A stretch of 64,000 nucleotides of DNA from Vulcanimicrobiota bacterium (GCA_039809865.1 JBDHVW010000023.1:14947-78946), one strand, 5' to 3'. Shown: positions 1 through 11,000, numbered from the stretch's first letter. The notes: a model not told the origin generated them from the sequence alone. Made by a program: numbers and translations.

Positions 1-1722
1 GCCGCTCGGGATGACCGAGATGCTGGCCTGCTCCAGGGTGCCGGTAGCGCTCGGCTTGGCGGTGGCGACCAGCGAGGCCTCGCTGAACGAGACGCTGCTG
101 TCGTCGGCCTGGCCGTCCACGATGGGCTTGTCGGACACGCGCAGCTCGTAGGAGCCCGCCTTGCCGCACCAGCCGTCGTCGCCGGTGGCGGTCCACTGGA
201 TGGTGGCGCCGTTGGCCTGGGCCGAGATGGCCTTCAGGTCGTTGGGGGCGGCCGGAGCGACCGAGTCGTTCTCCAGAGCGTTGGCCGCGTTCAGGCGGCC
301 GCCGCTCAGCACTTTGCCGTCGAGCTGGGCCAGCTTGTCCGAGCCGTTCATCAGGCGGGCTTTGATCTCTTCGTTGGTGGCATTGGGATAGGCGGCCGCG
401 ATCAGGCCGGCCACGCCGGTGACGTGCGGGGTGGCCATCGAGGTGCCGCTCATCGAGTCGTAGCTTCCCTTGGAAATGGGCACCGTCGAGAAGATGTCCA
501 CGCCGGGCGCGGCGATGTCCACCGTCTGGGCGCCGTAGCACGAGAAGTCGGCCAACTGGTCGTTGCGGTCCGTGGCGGCTACCGACACGTTGTTGGGCAT
601 GTCGTAGTTGGACGGATAGTGCGGGCTGGCGTCGTTGTCGGAGCCGGAGTTGCCGGCCGCCATGATGTGCAGGGCCGGGCTGTTCGTGAAGGCATCGGCA
701 ATGGCCTGATTGTACTGGCCGCCGCCCCAGCTGTTGCTGGTGATGCGCGCGCCCATCTGGGTGGCGTAGTTGATGCCGCGGATGATGGCGGCCGCATCGG
801 TCGACCCGCTGTCGGAGAAGATCTTGATCGGCATGATCGTGGCCTGCCAGTTCACGCCGACCACGCCCTGCCCGTTGTTGCCGTCGGCGGCGATGGTGCC
901 GGCCACGTGGCTGCCGTGGGAGTGGCCGTCCATCGGGTCGCCCGTGTTGGCCAGCGCGTTGTAGCCGTGCACGTCGTCGATCACGCCGTTGCCGTCGTTG
1001 TCGATGCCGTCTCCGGGGATCTCGCCGGGGTTGGTCCAGATGTTGTTCTTGAGGTCGGGGTGATTGTAGTCCGCACCCGTGTCGATGGTGGCGATCAACG
1101 GACCGCCGTTGGCGACCTTGGCGCCCGTGCTGACCGTCCAGGCCTCGGGAGCGTCGATGTCGGCGTCAGCCGTGCCGCTGTCCTGACCGGAGTTGTTCAG
1201 GCCCCACAGGCGGCTGTCGAGGTCGTTGGGAAGATTGACGTTCTCGTCCTTCGTGCCGGCTTTGCCGCCCTGAAGCGTGTAGGTGTGGTTGGGCACCACG
1301 TAGGCCACGCGCTCGTCCTTGGCCATCGCGGCCATCGCCTCGGCGGTGGACATCCCGGCCGGCAGCTGGAGCTGCACCAGCTCGCTGCCGTCGCCGCTCT
1401 TGAAGAGCGTGGGCAGGTTGAATTTGTGCAGGGTGGAGGCGCCGAAATCCTGGGCGAAGGCGTCGCTATCCATCAGGCCCGAGCCGCCCTTCAGCTTGAC
1501 GAGGACCTGGCCCTCGACGTGAGCTCCAAGCTTGTCCTCGAGCGAGGCCGCTTCGACCGCCACGGCGGCTTTCATGGCAGCCAGGTCATTGCGCGACGGG
1601 AGGCCGCTGGCCTCCACACTGGCGCCGCGGCCATCGGCCGGGGGCGCGCTCGAGGCCGGAGCGGCGCTCTGGGGACGGCTCAGGCTGCTGAGACCGACCT
1701 GCTGCTGTACTGACGAAATCAT
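1..1722 (-). CDS. Subtilisin-like serine peptidase (peptidase S8), 5' part only; C-terminus lies beyond the window start
   Basis: My own minus-strand translation from ATG at 1722..1720 (GGAGGA 7 nt upstream) gives MISSVQQQ... with the S8 catalytic triad motifs DTGADYNHPDL, HGSHVAGTIAA and SGTSMATPHVTGVAGL, followed by an Ig/FN3-like tail. The track ORF 424..1713 (+) is its GC-rich antisense. Confidence 0.85.
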   Translation of the reverse strand, partial: MISSVQQQVGLSSLSRPQSAAPASSAPPADGRGASVEASGLPSRNDLAAMKAAVAVEAASLEDKLGAHVEGQVLVKLKGGSGLMDSDAFAQDFGASTLHKFNLPTLFKSGDGSELVQLQLPAGMSTAEAMAAMAKDERVAYVVPNHTYTLQGGKAGTKDENVNLPNDLDSRLWGLNNSGQDSGTADADIDAPEAWTVSTGAKVANGGPLIATIDTGADYNHPDLKNNIWTNPGEIPGDGIDNDGNGVIDDVHGYNALANTGDPMDGHSHGSHVAGTIAADGNNGQGVVGVNWQATIMPIKIFSDSGSTDAAAIIRGINYATQMGARITSNSWGGGQYNQAIADAFTNSPALHIMAAGNSGSDNDASPHYPSNYDMPNNVSVAATDRNDQLADFSCYGAQTVDIAAPGVDIFSTVPISKGSYDSMSGTSMATPHVTGVAGLIAAAYPNATNEEIKARLMNGSDKLAQLDGKVLSGGRLNAANALENDSVAPAAPNDLKAISAQANGATIQWTATGDDGWCGKAGSYELRVSDKPIVDGQADDSSVSFSEASLVATAKPSATGTLEQASISVIPSG

Positions 1723-1810
1723 GGAAGTCCTCCCGCGTGTTTAAATCTGGCGGTATCCTAACCGCTCGGGAGGATCGGGTCGTAACAGACTTATGAACTT
1801 TAAGCTTTCT

Positions 1811-3292
1811 TTAAGTGTGTACCATGCGCAGGGCGCGCTTGCGGACGAGGTAAGAGAATCCCGCCACCACGGCGATGAGGAGCAGGTTCTCGACCAATCC
1901 GCCCAGGAAGCTGCAGGCGCCCAGCATCAGCAGCATCAGGCCCGCGTAACCGAGCGCGAAGGAGCCGGCCTGGGCCCGGCTGCGAGCCGTCGTGGAGGCC
2001 AACACGCCCAGATAGGCCGCGGCGTAGCAGGCGCCCAGCAGCCAGCAGTAGGCCGGCACAATGGCCAGCGGCGCCAGCGAGCCGAGCTCGAGGCTGACCA
2101 CCGCCGAGTAGAGCACCAGCAGCAGCAGCTCGCTGACGCGGTAGCGCCATCCAAAGGAGGCCCAGCCGTCGACGAACTCCTCGGCCGTCATCTGGGTCAG
2201 GGCCAGCGATTCGAGCGTGCGGCGCTCGCGCTCCTCGACCAGCGAGGTCGAGACGCTCATCGAAGCCATCAGGGGCTGCACCACGAAGAGCGCCGGGAAG
2301 GCGTACCAGGCGATCTCCAGGATATGCTGGGGGAGGAAGAACGCCAGGAGCGCCAGAGTGAGGAAAAACAGGCCGTGGTGGTAGAGGAACACGGTGAAAA
2401 CCCCGCCCCCGGCCAGCTTGCGGGCCAGGCGAGCGCTTTCGCGCACCACGATAGGGTTCTCGTTGAAAGGCGTCTGGGAGCCGTTGCTGCTCGGTTTGCG
2501 CGCCCCCTCCGGGATGGCCGGCGTGGAGTCGCCGCGCATCAGCCACTCCACCGCCAGCTGGCGGCAAGCCATCACGAACGAGAGCACCGCCAGGCCCATC
2601 AGGCAGAGCCCGAAGTCACCCCGGCTGGCCAGTCCGTAGACACCCAGCAAGAGGGAGCTCATGCCGAAAGTCACCGCGACCGGCGAGTCCATGTCGATGC
2701 GGTCGCACACGGCGCAGAGCAGGAAGATGTTGCAGGAGACCAGGTTGATGGCCAGGCAGACCAGATACCAGACCGCGGGCACGATGACCAGCAAAGTGGG
2801 CTCGAGCCGGCCTCCCTGCTGTACGTGCAGGACCAGCAAGCCAAACACCGCCAGGCTGAGGAGAGCCGAGCTCCTGGTGGCGGCGCGCAGGGAGAACATC
2901 GTCACCGAGTCGATCCACTGCGAGGAGGGCATCTTGGTGGTCAGAATCTCGTCGAGGCTGCGGCCGAAGCGCAGCATGCCGATGATGGATGCATCCTGAT
3001 AGGCGGAGAGGAACGGGTACACCAGCGTCACGATCGCGGCCGCGATCAACCACAGGTAAGCGCTGTGGGGGTAGAGGAAAGAAATTCCCGCGACGGCGGC
3101 GCTGGCCAGCACGGTGAGGAAGAGCGACCAGCTCCGGTATCGCCTGCGCGAAGGGCTGGACAACATCAAGGCCAGCGGTGGAGCTTCTTGCGCTTTCAAA
3201 GCGATCGCTTCAGGCACTCTGGGAAATTCGACCGATCGAGCCGAACGCCTTTCGGGCATGAAAAAACCGCCCCTCGCGAGGCGGATTTTCAA
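1811..3292 (-). CDS. Polytopic integral membrane protein of unknown function (about 10 hydrophobic segments)
   Basis: Track ORF 493 aa with many TM-like hydrophobic stretches and balanced composition, co-oriented upstream of the S8 peptidase. Start uncertain (alternative MPERRS at about 3259). The overlapping + ORF 1793..3328 is an R/G/H-rich antisense artefact. Confidence 0.55.
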   Translation of the reverse strand: MKIRLARGGFFMPERRSARSVEFPRVPEAIALKAQEAPPLALMLSSPSRRRYRSWSLFLTVLASAAVAGISFLYPHSAYLWLIAAAIVTLVYPFLSAYQDASIIGMLRFGRSLDEILTTKMPSSQWIDSVTMFSLRAATRSSALLSLAVFGLLVLHVQQGGRLEPTLLVIVPAVWYLVCLAINLVSCNIFLLCAVCDRIDMDSPVAVTFGMSSLLLGVYGLASRGDFGLCLMGLAVLSFVMACRQLAVEWLMRGDSTPAIPEGARKPSSNGSQTPFNENPIVVRESARLARKLAGGGVFTVFLYHHGLFFLTLALLAFFLPQHILEIAWYAFPALFVVQPLMASMSVSTSLVEERERRTLESLALTQMTAEEFVDGWASFGWRYRVSELLLLVLYSAVVSLELGSLAPLAIVPAYCWLLGACYAAAYLGVLASTTARSRAQAGSFALGYAGLMLLMLGACSFLGGLVENLLLIAVVAGFSYLVRKRALRMVHT

Positions 3293-3300
3293 TCGGGGCG

Positions 3301-3810
3301 CTACTTCGTGTACGCCGGCAAGCTATAATACGGGCGGAAGAGCTTTTCTTCGAACATGGAAGCGAAATCCACACCGTAGCGCGTCCAGCCCCAGAGGTGC
3401 CAGTCGCGGCCCATACCCCGGCACTGGAAACGATAGATGGTGTGCTCGTTCTCGCGCAGGAAGCCGGCCACCTCTTGCTTGGTCAGCTCCTGACCCGGAG
3501 CCTGGGCGCTGTAGCTGGCGTGAATCTGAGCCATGACCTCTTGCATCACTTTGCGGGTCACGATCTTGTCGGGCTGCCAGCCGGCATTGGGCGTGATCTC
3601 GACCAGCGTCAGCCTCTCGATAGCCGACTGGGGCGTGTAGACACGTTCCTCGTCATTGGGGCCGGTGGAGTCGAGGTCATACAACTCGGTCGCCAGCATC
3701 AGCGCGAAGTCGGCCTGGGTGCACAGGTCCTTCTTGAGCTTGCCGGGCTGGGCCCAGGTGGGGGCGGACAGCAGGCCCGCTATCAACAGCGTGGTCACCA
3801 GGCGTTTCAT
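3301..3810 (-). CDS. Small secreted protein of unknown function (signal peptide MKRLVTTLLIAGLLSAPTWAQ)
   Basis: The C-terminal 169 codons of track ORF 3301..4500 start at ATG 3810 with a classical signal peptide. The upstream ORF part is R/G/P-rich junk. Confidence 0.6.
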   Translation of the reverse strand: MKRLVTTLLIAGLLSAPTWAQPGKLKKDLCTQADFALMLATELYDLDSTGPNDEERVYTPQSAIERLTLVEITPNAGWQPDKIVTRKVMQEVMAQIHASYSAQAPGQELTKQEVAGFLRENEHTIYRFQCRGMGRDWHLWGWTRYGVDFASMFEEKLFRPYYSLPAYTK

Positions 3811-4031
3811 CGCGTACTTGACTCCTTTTCCATGGTACCCCGCTGTTCGCGGAACAAGTTCAAGCTTCCTGGCGGGCCGAGCGTTCCCCCTCGAAAGTCG
3901 CTCCAATCTACCGTCGCGGCTGGTAGATCGATCACTTCCTTGAATCCCCCGGGCCCTGTATCCTGTGTCCAGAAGATTCGACTTGAAGCCCGACGGATGC
4001 CCCCCCCGACCGTCGGGCTTCTCTCTTTCTC

Positions 4032-5972
4032 TCAGAGACTCCAACTGGCGCTGAGCATTCCGCCGGGAACCAGGTCGAGAGGGCGCAGGTTCGTTCCGGC
4101 CGCGTCGCACACGTGGAGCTGGCCATTGTGGTCGAGCACGATCTGCGTGCCATCCGGGCTCCAGGTCGGCTGGCCGATGTCGTCGCCAAAGGAAACCGGC
4201 AGGTTGGTGGCCGGACCCAGCAACCCCGGGCTGTAAGCCGCCGTGGCGATGGTTACGCCGGTGGCGTTCAGAAACAACACCCGGTCGCCAGCCGAGTTCA
4301 GGCGCGGGGCGTCGGCCTCGATTCCGAACGACTGGACCGCGCTCGTGTCCACATTGGTCTCGGTCAACTCCCAGCGGAAGGTCACGCCTCCCGTATCCAC
4401 GGGATGGGAGGCGAGAAAGCGCCGGTCGGAGCTGCTGGGCACCCAGTTGGCCTGCATGCTGCGGGACGGATTCAACCCATCCACCACCGGGTCGGGGCAA
4501 TAGTTGGAGTAGGACAGGAGGCCCACCTGAACGGGCGCCGCCCCGGTGAGGCGCGTCACCCAGTACTCGAGCTGGCGCGGCGTCTGGTTGAAGGTCGTGT
4601 AAACGACCTGCGTGCCGTCGGGCGTCCAGGAGGCTCCCACGATGGGCCCGGTGGCCACCGTCATGGGATGGCGGCCGTCGGCGTCCACGACGATCACGTC
4701 GGTTCCGCCCGGGCGAACGCTCAGAAAGGCCAGTTTGCTACCGTCCGGTGAAAATTCCGGATTGCACACCGAGGTGTAGCGACGCCGCGTGAGGCTGGTC
4801 CGATCGCTGCCGTCGGCATTGATCAGCTCGATCTCGGTGCCGTTGGCCCCCTGGAACGCGATGCGGCCGCGCGGAACCACGAGCACGCGCCCCCCCGCGC
4901 CGATGGTGGCCGGAACCGAGCCGCCGCGCTCGTCCACCACCCGGCAGGTGAGCGTGAAGATCTTTCCCTCGGATCCGGGTGGAGGAACCCATTCCCAGCG
5001 GCTGAGCCAGTTCCCGGCGGACTCGTCCCACACCATCCGCTGCGAGCCGGGATGCGAATAGGCGCCACCTGGCTCCCCGGGCGGGCCCTGAACGCTCCAG
5101 AGGCAGGCCAGGCGGTCTCCGTCCCTGTCGCTGGCGCGCACCACCAGGCTGAGGTGGCCGCCCGCCCCGACCGTGGCATCCACGCCTCCCGGCAGTCCAC
5201 TGACGATTGGCCTGGGCTCCACCTTCACGGGGCCGACCAGGGTCGGGTTCGCGTTGGCTCCCGCCAGGCTCAGCGAGGGGGGCGCCCCGGGCGGCGTGAC
5301 GAGAGGACGGGTCACGAGCTCCACCGGGCCTTGCGGGAGCAAACCGGAGCCCGTGCTGACCTTTCCCTCGGGAGACACGCTCAGCGTGACCGGGGCCTGC
5401 ACGCGCGTCAAGAGATGGGAGGGACGCCCCAGCGCGCTGCCCGCGCCAGCCTCGAGGGACGCACAGACCACCAGTCGAAAGGCCCCATCTACCAGCGGCT
5501 GCGTGGACAGGGCCGAGCCGTTGGGCAAGAAGACGATGACCGCGTCGCTCGCCTGGGGGCGGTTCCAGGCGGTCACGTCCAGCCCGGAGCCGGCGCAGTC
5601 GCGCTGGGTGTCCAGCCACTCCTCGGTGGTCCCGCCCGGCCAGTAACCCGCGAACAGGTAAGCGTTCGGGAACTCGCTGGCGAAGCTCCAGCGCTCCACG
5701 AAACGAGCCTGACCAAAACCACGGACCTTGTAGCAGCCCGTCGCGTGCCCCAGGGCTCCATTCTGGCTGGGGAAGGCGATCCCCACGGGCTCGCCCAGCC
5801 GCATCGCTTGCTCGCGGGCGGCGCTGAGGCGCCCCGCCAGGGCTTCGGACAGACCTTGCGTGTCGGCCTGGGAGCGCTGGTGTTGCGACGCCTGCAGCCC
5901 GAGGACTACCAGCGCGGCCAGGATGGCCACCACCAGCATGGTCTCGAGCAGCGAGGCTCCGCGACGTCTCAC
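4032..5972 (-). CDS. Prepilin-type N-terminal domain protein fused to TolB/WD40-like beta-propeller repeats (PilY1-like tip-adhesin candidate)
   Basis: N-terminus MRRRGASLLETMLVVAILAALVVLGL matches the class III (type IV pilin) leader/cleavage motif G|ASLLE with a hydrophobic helix. Repeated SPDGSKLAF, WTPDGTQVVY and WSPDGTQIVL units are typical of TolB-like propellers. ATGA-type coupling with the upstream gene (5969..5972). Confidence 0.7.
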   Translation of the reverse strand: MRRRGASLLETMLVVAILAALVVLGLQASQHQRSQADTQGLSEALAGRLSAAREQAMRLGEPVGIAFPSQNGALGHATGCYKVRGFGQARFVERWSFASEFPNAYLFAGYWPGGTTEEWLDTQRDCAGSGLDVTAWNRPQASDAVIVFLPNGSALSTQPLVDGAFRLVVCASLEAGAGSALGRPSHLLTRVQAPVTLSVSPEGKVSTGSGLLPQGPVELVTRPLVTPPGAPPSLSLAGANANPTLVGPVKVEPRPIVSGLPGGVDATVGAGGHLSLVVRASDRDGDRLACLWSVQGPPGEPGGAYSHPGSQRMVWDESAGNWLSRWEWVPPPGSEGKIFTLTCRVVDERGGSVPATIGAGGRVLVVPRGRIAFQGANGTEIELINADGSDRTSLTRRRYTSVCNPEFSPDGSKLAFLSVRPGGTDVIVVDADGRHPMTVATGPIVGASWTPDGTQVVYTTFNQTPRQLEYWVTRLTGAAPVQVGLLSYSNYCPDPVVDGLNPSRSMQANWVPSSSDRRFLASHPVDTGGVTFRWELTETNVDTSAVQSFGIEADAPRLNSAGDRVLFLNATGVTIATAAYSPGLLGPATNLPVSFGDDIGQPTWSPDGTQIVLDHNGQLHVCDAAGTNLRPLDLVPGGMLSASWSL

Positions 5973-6433
5973 CAGGTGCCCCCATCCTGGAAATGCACGA
6001 GTTGGAAGAGCGTGGGGCGCGCCGGGGAGAGGTCGAGGTCGGCGCTCAGTTGCACGCGCGCGGTGGGCTGATCGAGCGAGCCCAGCAGGCCCACCGAGGT
6101 GATTCGCATGAGGTCGTGGCTGTCACGCCAGCTCGCATCGAGCTGCACCTGGTAGAAGCCGAGCGGGCTGCCGTCCAACTCGGGGAGCTCCTCGCTGTAG
6201 CAGAACCGGGGCTGTCCGGCGGCCAGGGTAGGCGGGAAATCGGGATCGAGCGCGAGCTTGAGCCGTGCGTCCTCGAGGCCCGCCCAGGCCAGGGCTCGGG
6301 CCCGCTCGCCGGCCGTCAGGTCGGAGGCTCCGCGATAGCACTCCTTGCTCTGCTCGAACAGCCCCATCGCCAGCGAGAAGATGCAGACCGACATCAACAA
6401 AGTCACGATCAGCGCCGAGCCGCGTCGCGTCAC
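5969..6433 (-). CDS. Pilin-like protein with GspK/PilX-type N-terminus (no Glu at +5)
   Basis: GTG start at 6433 overlaps the TGA of the upstream gene (GTGA). N-terminus VTRRGSALIVTLLMSVCIFSLAMG gives a short basic leader, Gly, then a hydrophobic helix. Sits in an operon between two other pilin-like genes. Confidence 0.5.
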   Translation of the reverse strand: MTRRGSALIVTLLMSVCIFSLAMGLFEQSKECYRGASDLTAGERARALAWAGLEDARLKLALDPDFPPTLAAGQPRFCYSEELPELDGSPLGFYQVQLDASWRDSHDLMRITSVGLLGSLDQPTARVQLSADLDLSPARPTLFQLVHFQDGGTW

Positions 6434-6960
6434 GGGCGGGCCACCTCGGCCTGCAGCGTGACCACGCCGGCCCCTTCCTGCACCGAAAGGCGCACTTGCA
6501 TGAGGCCCGGCTCCAGCCAGGCGGCCGAGAGCCCGACCGACTCGGCCACCACCGAGCGACGCCCCTCGATCTCGCGCACCAGGTTGCGGTCCGGATCCAC
6601 GTAGAATCGCACGTTGTCCAGCGCCACGGCCGAAGGGTCGAAGCCCGTCCCGGAGGCCGGCAACCATTCCTGATTGGGCCGAGGGCGCAGCAGCTCGATC
6701 CGGCTGGCCGGAGCGCCCGTGGGCTCGAGGATCTGGTGAGCCTCCTGCAGCTCGAGACACAGCTGCGAGAGAGCGCGAGTCGATTCCAGGCGGCGATCCT
6801 GGCGCGAGTTGAACCGGAGAAACTCGGAGTAGCTCGCCAGCAGATTGGCGAGCAGGGCCATGACCAGCCCGAACAGCAGCATCGTAACGAGCGCCTCGGG
6901 GATCGTGAAGGCTCTACGGCCCAAGATCCACCACCGTCGTGCCAGAGAAGGTCCGGCCAA
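6430..6960 (-). CDS. Type IV pilin-like minor pseudopilin (GspI/J- or PilV/W-like)
   Basis: N-terminus ...RRAFTIPEALVTMLLFGLVMALLANLL is a prepilin-type N-terminal methylation-like segment. Overlaps both neighbours. Confidence 0.65.
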   Translation of the reverse strand: MAGPSLARRWWILGRRAFTIPEALVTMLLFGLVMALLANLLASYSEFLRFNSRQDRRLESTRALSQLCLELQEAHQILEPTGAPASRIELLRPRPNQEWLPASGTGFDPSAVALDNVRFYVDPDRNLVREIEGRRSVVAESVGLSAAWLEPGLMQVRLSVQEGAGVVTLQAEVARP

Positions 6961-7699
6961 AGTAGCTGGTGCTGGCCATCAGGCGTACCTGCCCGGGCCA
7001 CACCTGCCAGCCACCGGTGCGCAGCACCTTGAGCGCATTCTTGACGCGGACCTGGCGCCCGTCGCGGCTGATAGGCGGCAACAGGGTCGCGTTGCCGGTC
7101 ATGGGCACGACCGACCAGAAGAACATCGCGTCCACGGGCGCGCCGCCGGGCAGCAGCGCCGTGGCCCGGTAGTCGGCTTCCTGCTGTCCGCTCAGGGGGT
7201 TGGGCCCGCTCACCCGGTCGAGTCGGATGGTGAGGTCGTCGGCCGGGTCCAGACGGTTGGGCTCACTGATGAGCGTGGTCAGGCGCACCCGGTCGCGCGG
7301 ACCGTTCGCGCTCCAGGCCACTTCGACGGCGACCGGAAAGGCGGAGGCGGGGAAGCGCCGGGGATCCCCGGACGGGACTTCCAGGGAGGAAGCCGGGGAG
7401 AGAAGCTCGCGGGCGGGGCCGCGCTCGGTGAGGACGGTGAATCCAGGATGGTCAGGCCGTGTTTTGGAGCCTATCTTCGTCGACCAATCCGAGCTAAAAT
7501 TCGTGGAATTACGTGCCCAGAGCCGTAATTGGTCGAGCTCGGACCGCGCCAGTAAAGTCGCCTCCATCTGCCTTTGGGACCATCGGCGATAACCCAGAGC
7601 ACGATGGAAAGTGCCGACGAACATCAGCACAACGGCGGTCAAAAGGAAGATGGCCAGCACAACTTCAGAAAGCGACATCCCCCGCCATCGCCGCAGCAT
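6914..7699 (-). CDS. Type IV pilin-like minor pseudopilin (GspH/J-like)
   Basis: MLRRWRGMSLSEVVLAIFLLTAVVLMFVG matches G|MSLSEV (Gly, hydrophobic, Glu at +5). First gene of the minus-strand pilin operon. AT-rich putative promoter region 7700..7760 lies upstream. Confidence 0.65.
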   Translation of the reverse strand: MLRRWRGMSLSEVVLAIFLLTAVVLMFVGTFHRALGYRRWSQRQMEATLLARSELDQLRLWARNSTNFSSDWSTKIGSKTRPDHPGFTVLTERGPARELLSPASSLEVPSGDPRRFPASAFPVAVEVAWSANGPRDRVRLTTLISEPNRLDPADDLTIRLDRVSGPNPLSGQQEADYRATALLPGGAPVDAMFFWSVVPMTGNATLLPPISRDGRQVRVKNALKVLRTGGWQVWPGQVRLMASTSYFGRTFSGTTVVDLGP

Positions 7700-8012
7700 T
7701 GCTTCAGGTTAGCAGGCGGAATACCGAAAATCAAGCTGTTTATGGCATTGAATATCTCGCTTGGCCCCTGGTGGTAATCGACCCGGAAACCCCACCGGGT
7801 ACAGTCAGAATCGAGGCGCCGACTCACGCATAGCTCGTCCTGGCGGTTTTCCGAAATCCCGATTGAGGGCAGCTCAAGCAAGAAATCACACAATTCGAAC
7901 AGGGTTTCGAAATTGCTCGAGAAAGGCTTTTCCACGGCCCTCGGTGGACATGAAGGCCCCCGAAAGGGAGCGGACGAAGGAACTTCCACTTTCTCCCGGA
8001 GGACTACGTCTC

Positions 8013-11000
8013 ATGGCGGCCAGCCTTGCCGATCTTCAGACCTATATCAGCGAGCAGGTGAGCGGAGAGGAAGCTGCGTTCGTGCGCGGCTTCAGTGAAG
8101 TGCTGTTCGATAAAGCTTATCCGGAGTTCTTGGAGCGGTTCCAGCCCGACGGACTTCTCGCGGTCACCATGGGAGCGCTGAAGTGGATCGAGCAGGGTCC
8201 GCCCGAGCAGATCAAGGTGCGCGTCTACAAGCCGGAGGCTGCTCAGCACGGCTGGACGTGGCCCGGCAGCGCGATGGAGATCCACCTGGGCGACCGGCCC
8301 TTCCTGGTCGACAGCGTCCGCGCCGAGATCCGCCGGCACGGCTACGAAGTCGCCCACAATCTGCATCCCATCCTGCAGATTCACCGGGACGCCGACAGCA
8401 AGATCGTGCGCGCCGGCGGCAAAGGCAAGCCGAACCAGGAGTCTTATCAGCTCTTCTTGCTCGACGAGGCGCTCGAGCCGGCCCGGGCGGCCGAGCTGAC
8501 CGAAGCGGTGACCCGTGTTCTGCAGGATGTCGTTCTGGCCACCGACGACTACCCCAGGATGCGCGAGAAGGCCAACGCCATGGGCGAGTACCTCGAGCAG
8601 CAGCGCGCCGGGGTGCCCGAGGCGCGGGCCAACGAGCTGGCCGAGTACGCGCAGTTCCTGAAGTGGCTGGGGGAGGGCAATTTCGTCTTCCTCGGCTACC
8701 GCGAATACTCCATCGAGGACGCCAAGCTGAGCATGGATGAGGGCTCCAGCCTCGGCATCCTGCGCGGCACCGTGAAGACTTCCAACTACCGCGATCCGGT
8801 GCCGCTGGCCAAGCTGCCCGAGAACCTGCGCCAGCGCATCACCAGCGGTCCCCTGGTGGTGGTCACCAAGTCGAACGCCGAGTCGACCGTCCATCGCCCT
8901 GTGCGCATGGACTACGTCGGGGTCAAGAAGCTCGAGAACGGCCAGGCGGCCGGCGAGCTGCGCCTGCTGGGACTGTTTACCAGCACGGCCCTGGCCACGC
9001 CCTGTAAAGACATTCCCATCCTACGTCTCAAGCTCGCCATCGTGCTGGAGCTGGACGGCAGCCCCGAAGGCTCGCACGACTTCAAGCAGATCGTGACCAC
9101 GTTCAATTCCCTGCCGCGCGAGGAGCTCTTCTGGGGCGAGCCGGAGCAGATTCTGGCCGAGATCCGCACCATCATGCAGCTCGAGTCCGAGAATCGCGTG
9201 CGCCTCACCCTGCGCCGCGATCCGCTGGCCCGAGGCGTGCTGGTGATGGTGGTCATGCCCCGCGAGCGCTTCAACGGCGAGGTTCGTCTCAAGATTCAGG
9301 AGCTGCTGCACGAGCGCTTCAAGGCCGAGCACGTGGACTACCAGCTCTCCATCGGCGAGGACATGTCCCAGGTCCGCTTCCACTTCTTCTTGACGACCGA
9401 GTTCGGGGTCGAGGACACCGACCTCAAGTCGCTGGAAGCCGACGTGGCAGCCCTGACCCGCACCTGGGACGACCTGTTGGAGGAGGCCCTGCGGGCCCGA
9501 TTCGGGGAGAGCAAAGGGCAGCTGCTGGCCGATTGCTATCGGGGCGCCTTCAACGACGCGTACAAAGCCTGCAATAGCCCCGCCTGGGCCGCCGAAGACG
9601 TGGGCCGCATGGAGGAGTTCGACGGGCGTGATTACCTGGTGGGCGTGCACTCCGACGCCGACGTCACCTGGCTCAAGATCTACCATCGGCGCCACAACCT
9701 GACCCTGTCCGACACCATGCCTTTCCTCGAGAACCTCTCGCTGGTCGTGCTCGAGCAGCTCTCCTTCGGGGTGAAGTGCAAGGACAAGTCGCCCTGCGGC
9801 GTCGACGTCTACCGCGTGCTCAATCGCGCCCGTCAGCCGCTGCCCGAGAAGGTCCACGCGCCCCTGTGCGAGGCCCTGGTGGCCCTGCTCGACGGCCGGG
9901 CGGTGGACGACCGTCTCAATGGCCTGGTCCTGGCCGCCAGCCTGGATATCCGGCAGGTGTCGCTGCTGCGGGTCTACCAGCTCTACCTGGGGCAGATCCA
10001 GTCGATCAGCCGGCGCTTCATCAACGACACCATGCTCAAGCATCCCAACTGCGCCCGGCTGCTCTACGACCTGTTCGAGGCCCGCTTCCAGCCCGGGCTG
10101 GCCAACCGCGAGCAGGCGGCGGAGGCGGTCAAAGAACGCTTCATGTCAGCGCTGAACGACGTCACCAGCCTGGTCGAGGACCAGACGCTGCGCGCCCTTT
10201 CCAACCTGATCGACGCCACGCTGCGAGCCAGCTTTTACCTCGGCCACGATCGCATCAGCTTGAAGATCAGCAGCCACCTCGTCTCCTCCATGCCGGAGCC
10301 GCGTCCGCTCTACGAGATCGTGATGGCCGGCCCGGGCGTCGAGGGCATTCACCTGCGCGGCGGCAAGGTCGCCCGCGGCGGACTGCGCTGGAGCGACCGC
10401 CCCGACTTCCGCACCGAGGTGCTGGGCCTGATGAAGACCCAGATGACCAAGAACGCGGTCATCGTGCCGGTCGGCTCGAAAGGCGGCTTCCTCCTCAAGG
10501 ACCCGCCCACCGATCGCGCCGAGCTGGCCGTCTACGTCTCCGAGCGCTACAAGACGTTCATCCGCTCCCTGCTCGACCTGACCGACAACATCGTGGACGG
10601 GAAGGTCGTCCAGAACCGGGATCTGGTCATCTATGACGAGCCCGATCCCTACCTGGTCGTGGCTGCCGATAAAGGCACGGCGACGTTCAGCGACACCGCC
10701 AACGGCGTGGCCCACGAGTTCGGCTTCTGGCTGGGGGACGCGTTCGCGTCGGGCGGCTCGTATGGTTACGACCACAAGAAGGAAGGCATCACCGCCCGGG
10801 GCGCCTGGGAGTGCGTGAAGCGCCATTTCCGCGAGCTCGGGATCGACCTTTTCAAGCCCTTCACGGTGGCCGGCATCGGCGACCTGTCGGGCGACGTGTT
10901 CGGCAACGGCCTGATCTACTCCGACCAGATCAAGATGCTGGCGGCCTTCAACCACCTGCACATCTTCCTGGACCCCGATCCGGATCCGGCCAAGAGCTAC

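Noticed and set aside
424-1713. 429-aa + strand ORF (G/R/A/V/H-rich)
   Set aside because: It is the antisense of the S8 peptidase gene. It has low-complexity GC-driven composition and no motifs. The minus frame carries the D/H/S catalytic motifs.
1793-3328. 511-aa + ORF and the 255-aa minus ORF 1800..2567
   Set aside because: Antisense or off-frame shadows of the polytopic membrane protein. Extreme R/G/Q/H bias.
4738-5985. 415-aa minus ORF and several 100-340 aa + ORFs across 4100..6100
   Set aside because: Alternative frames of the prepilin/propeller gene. R/G/P-rich, with no start context.
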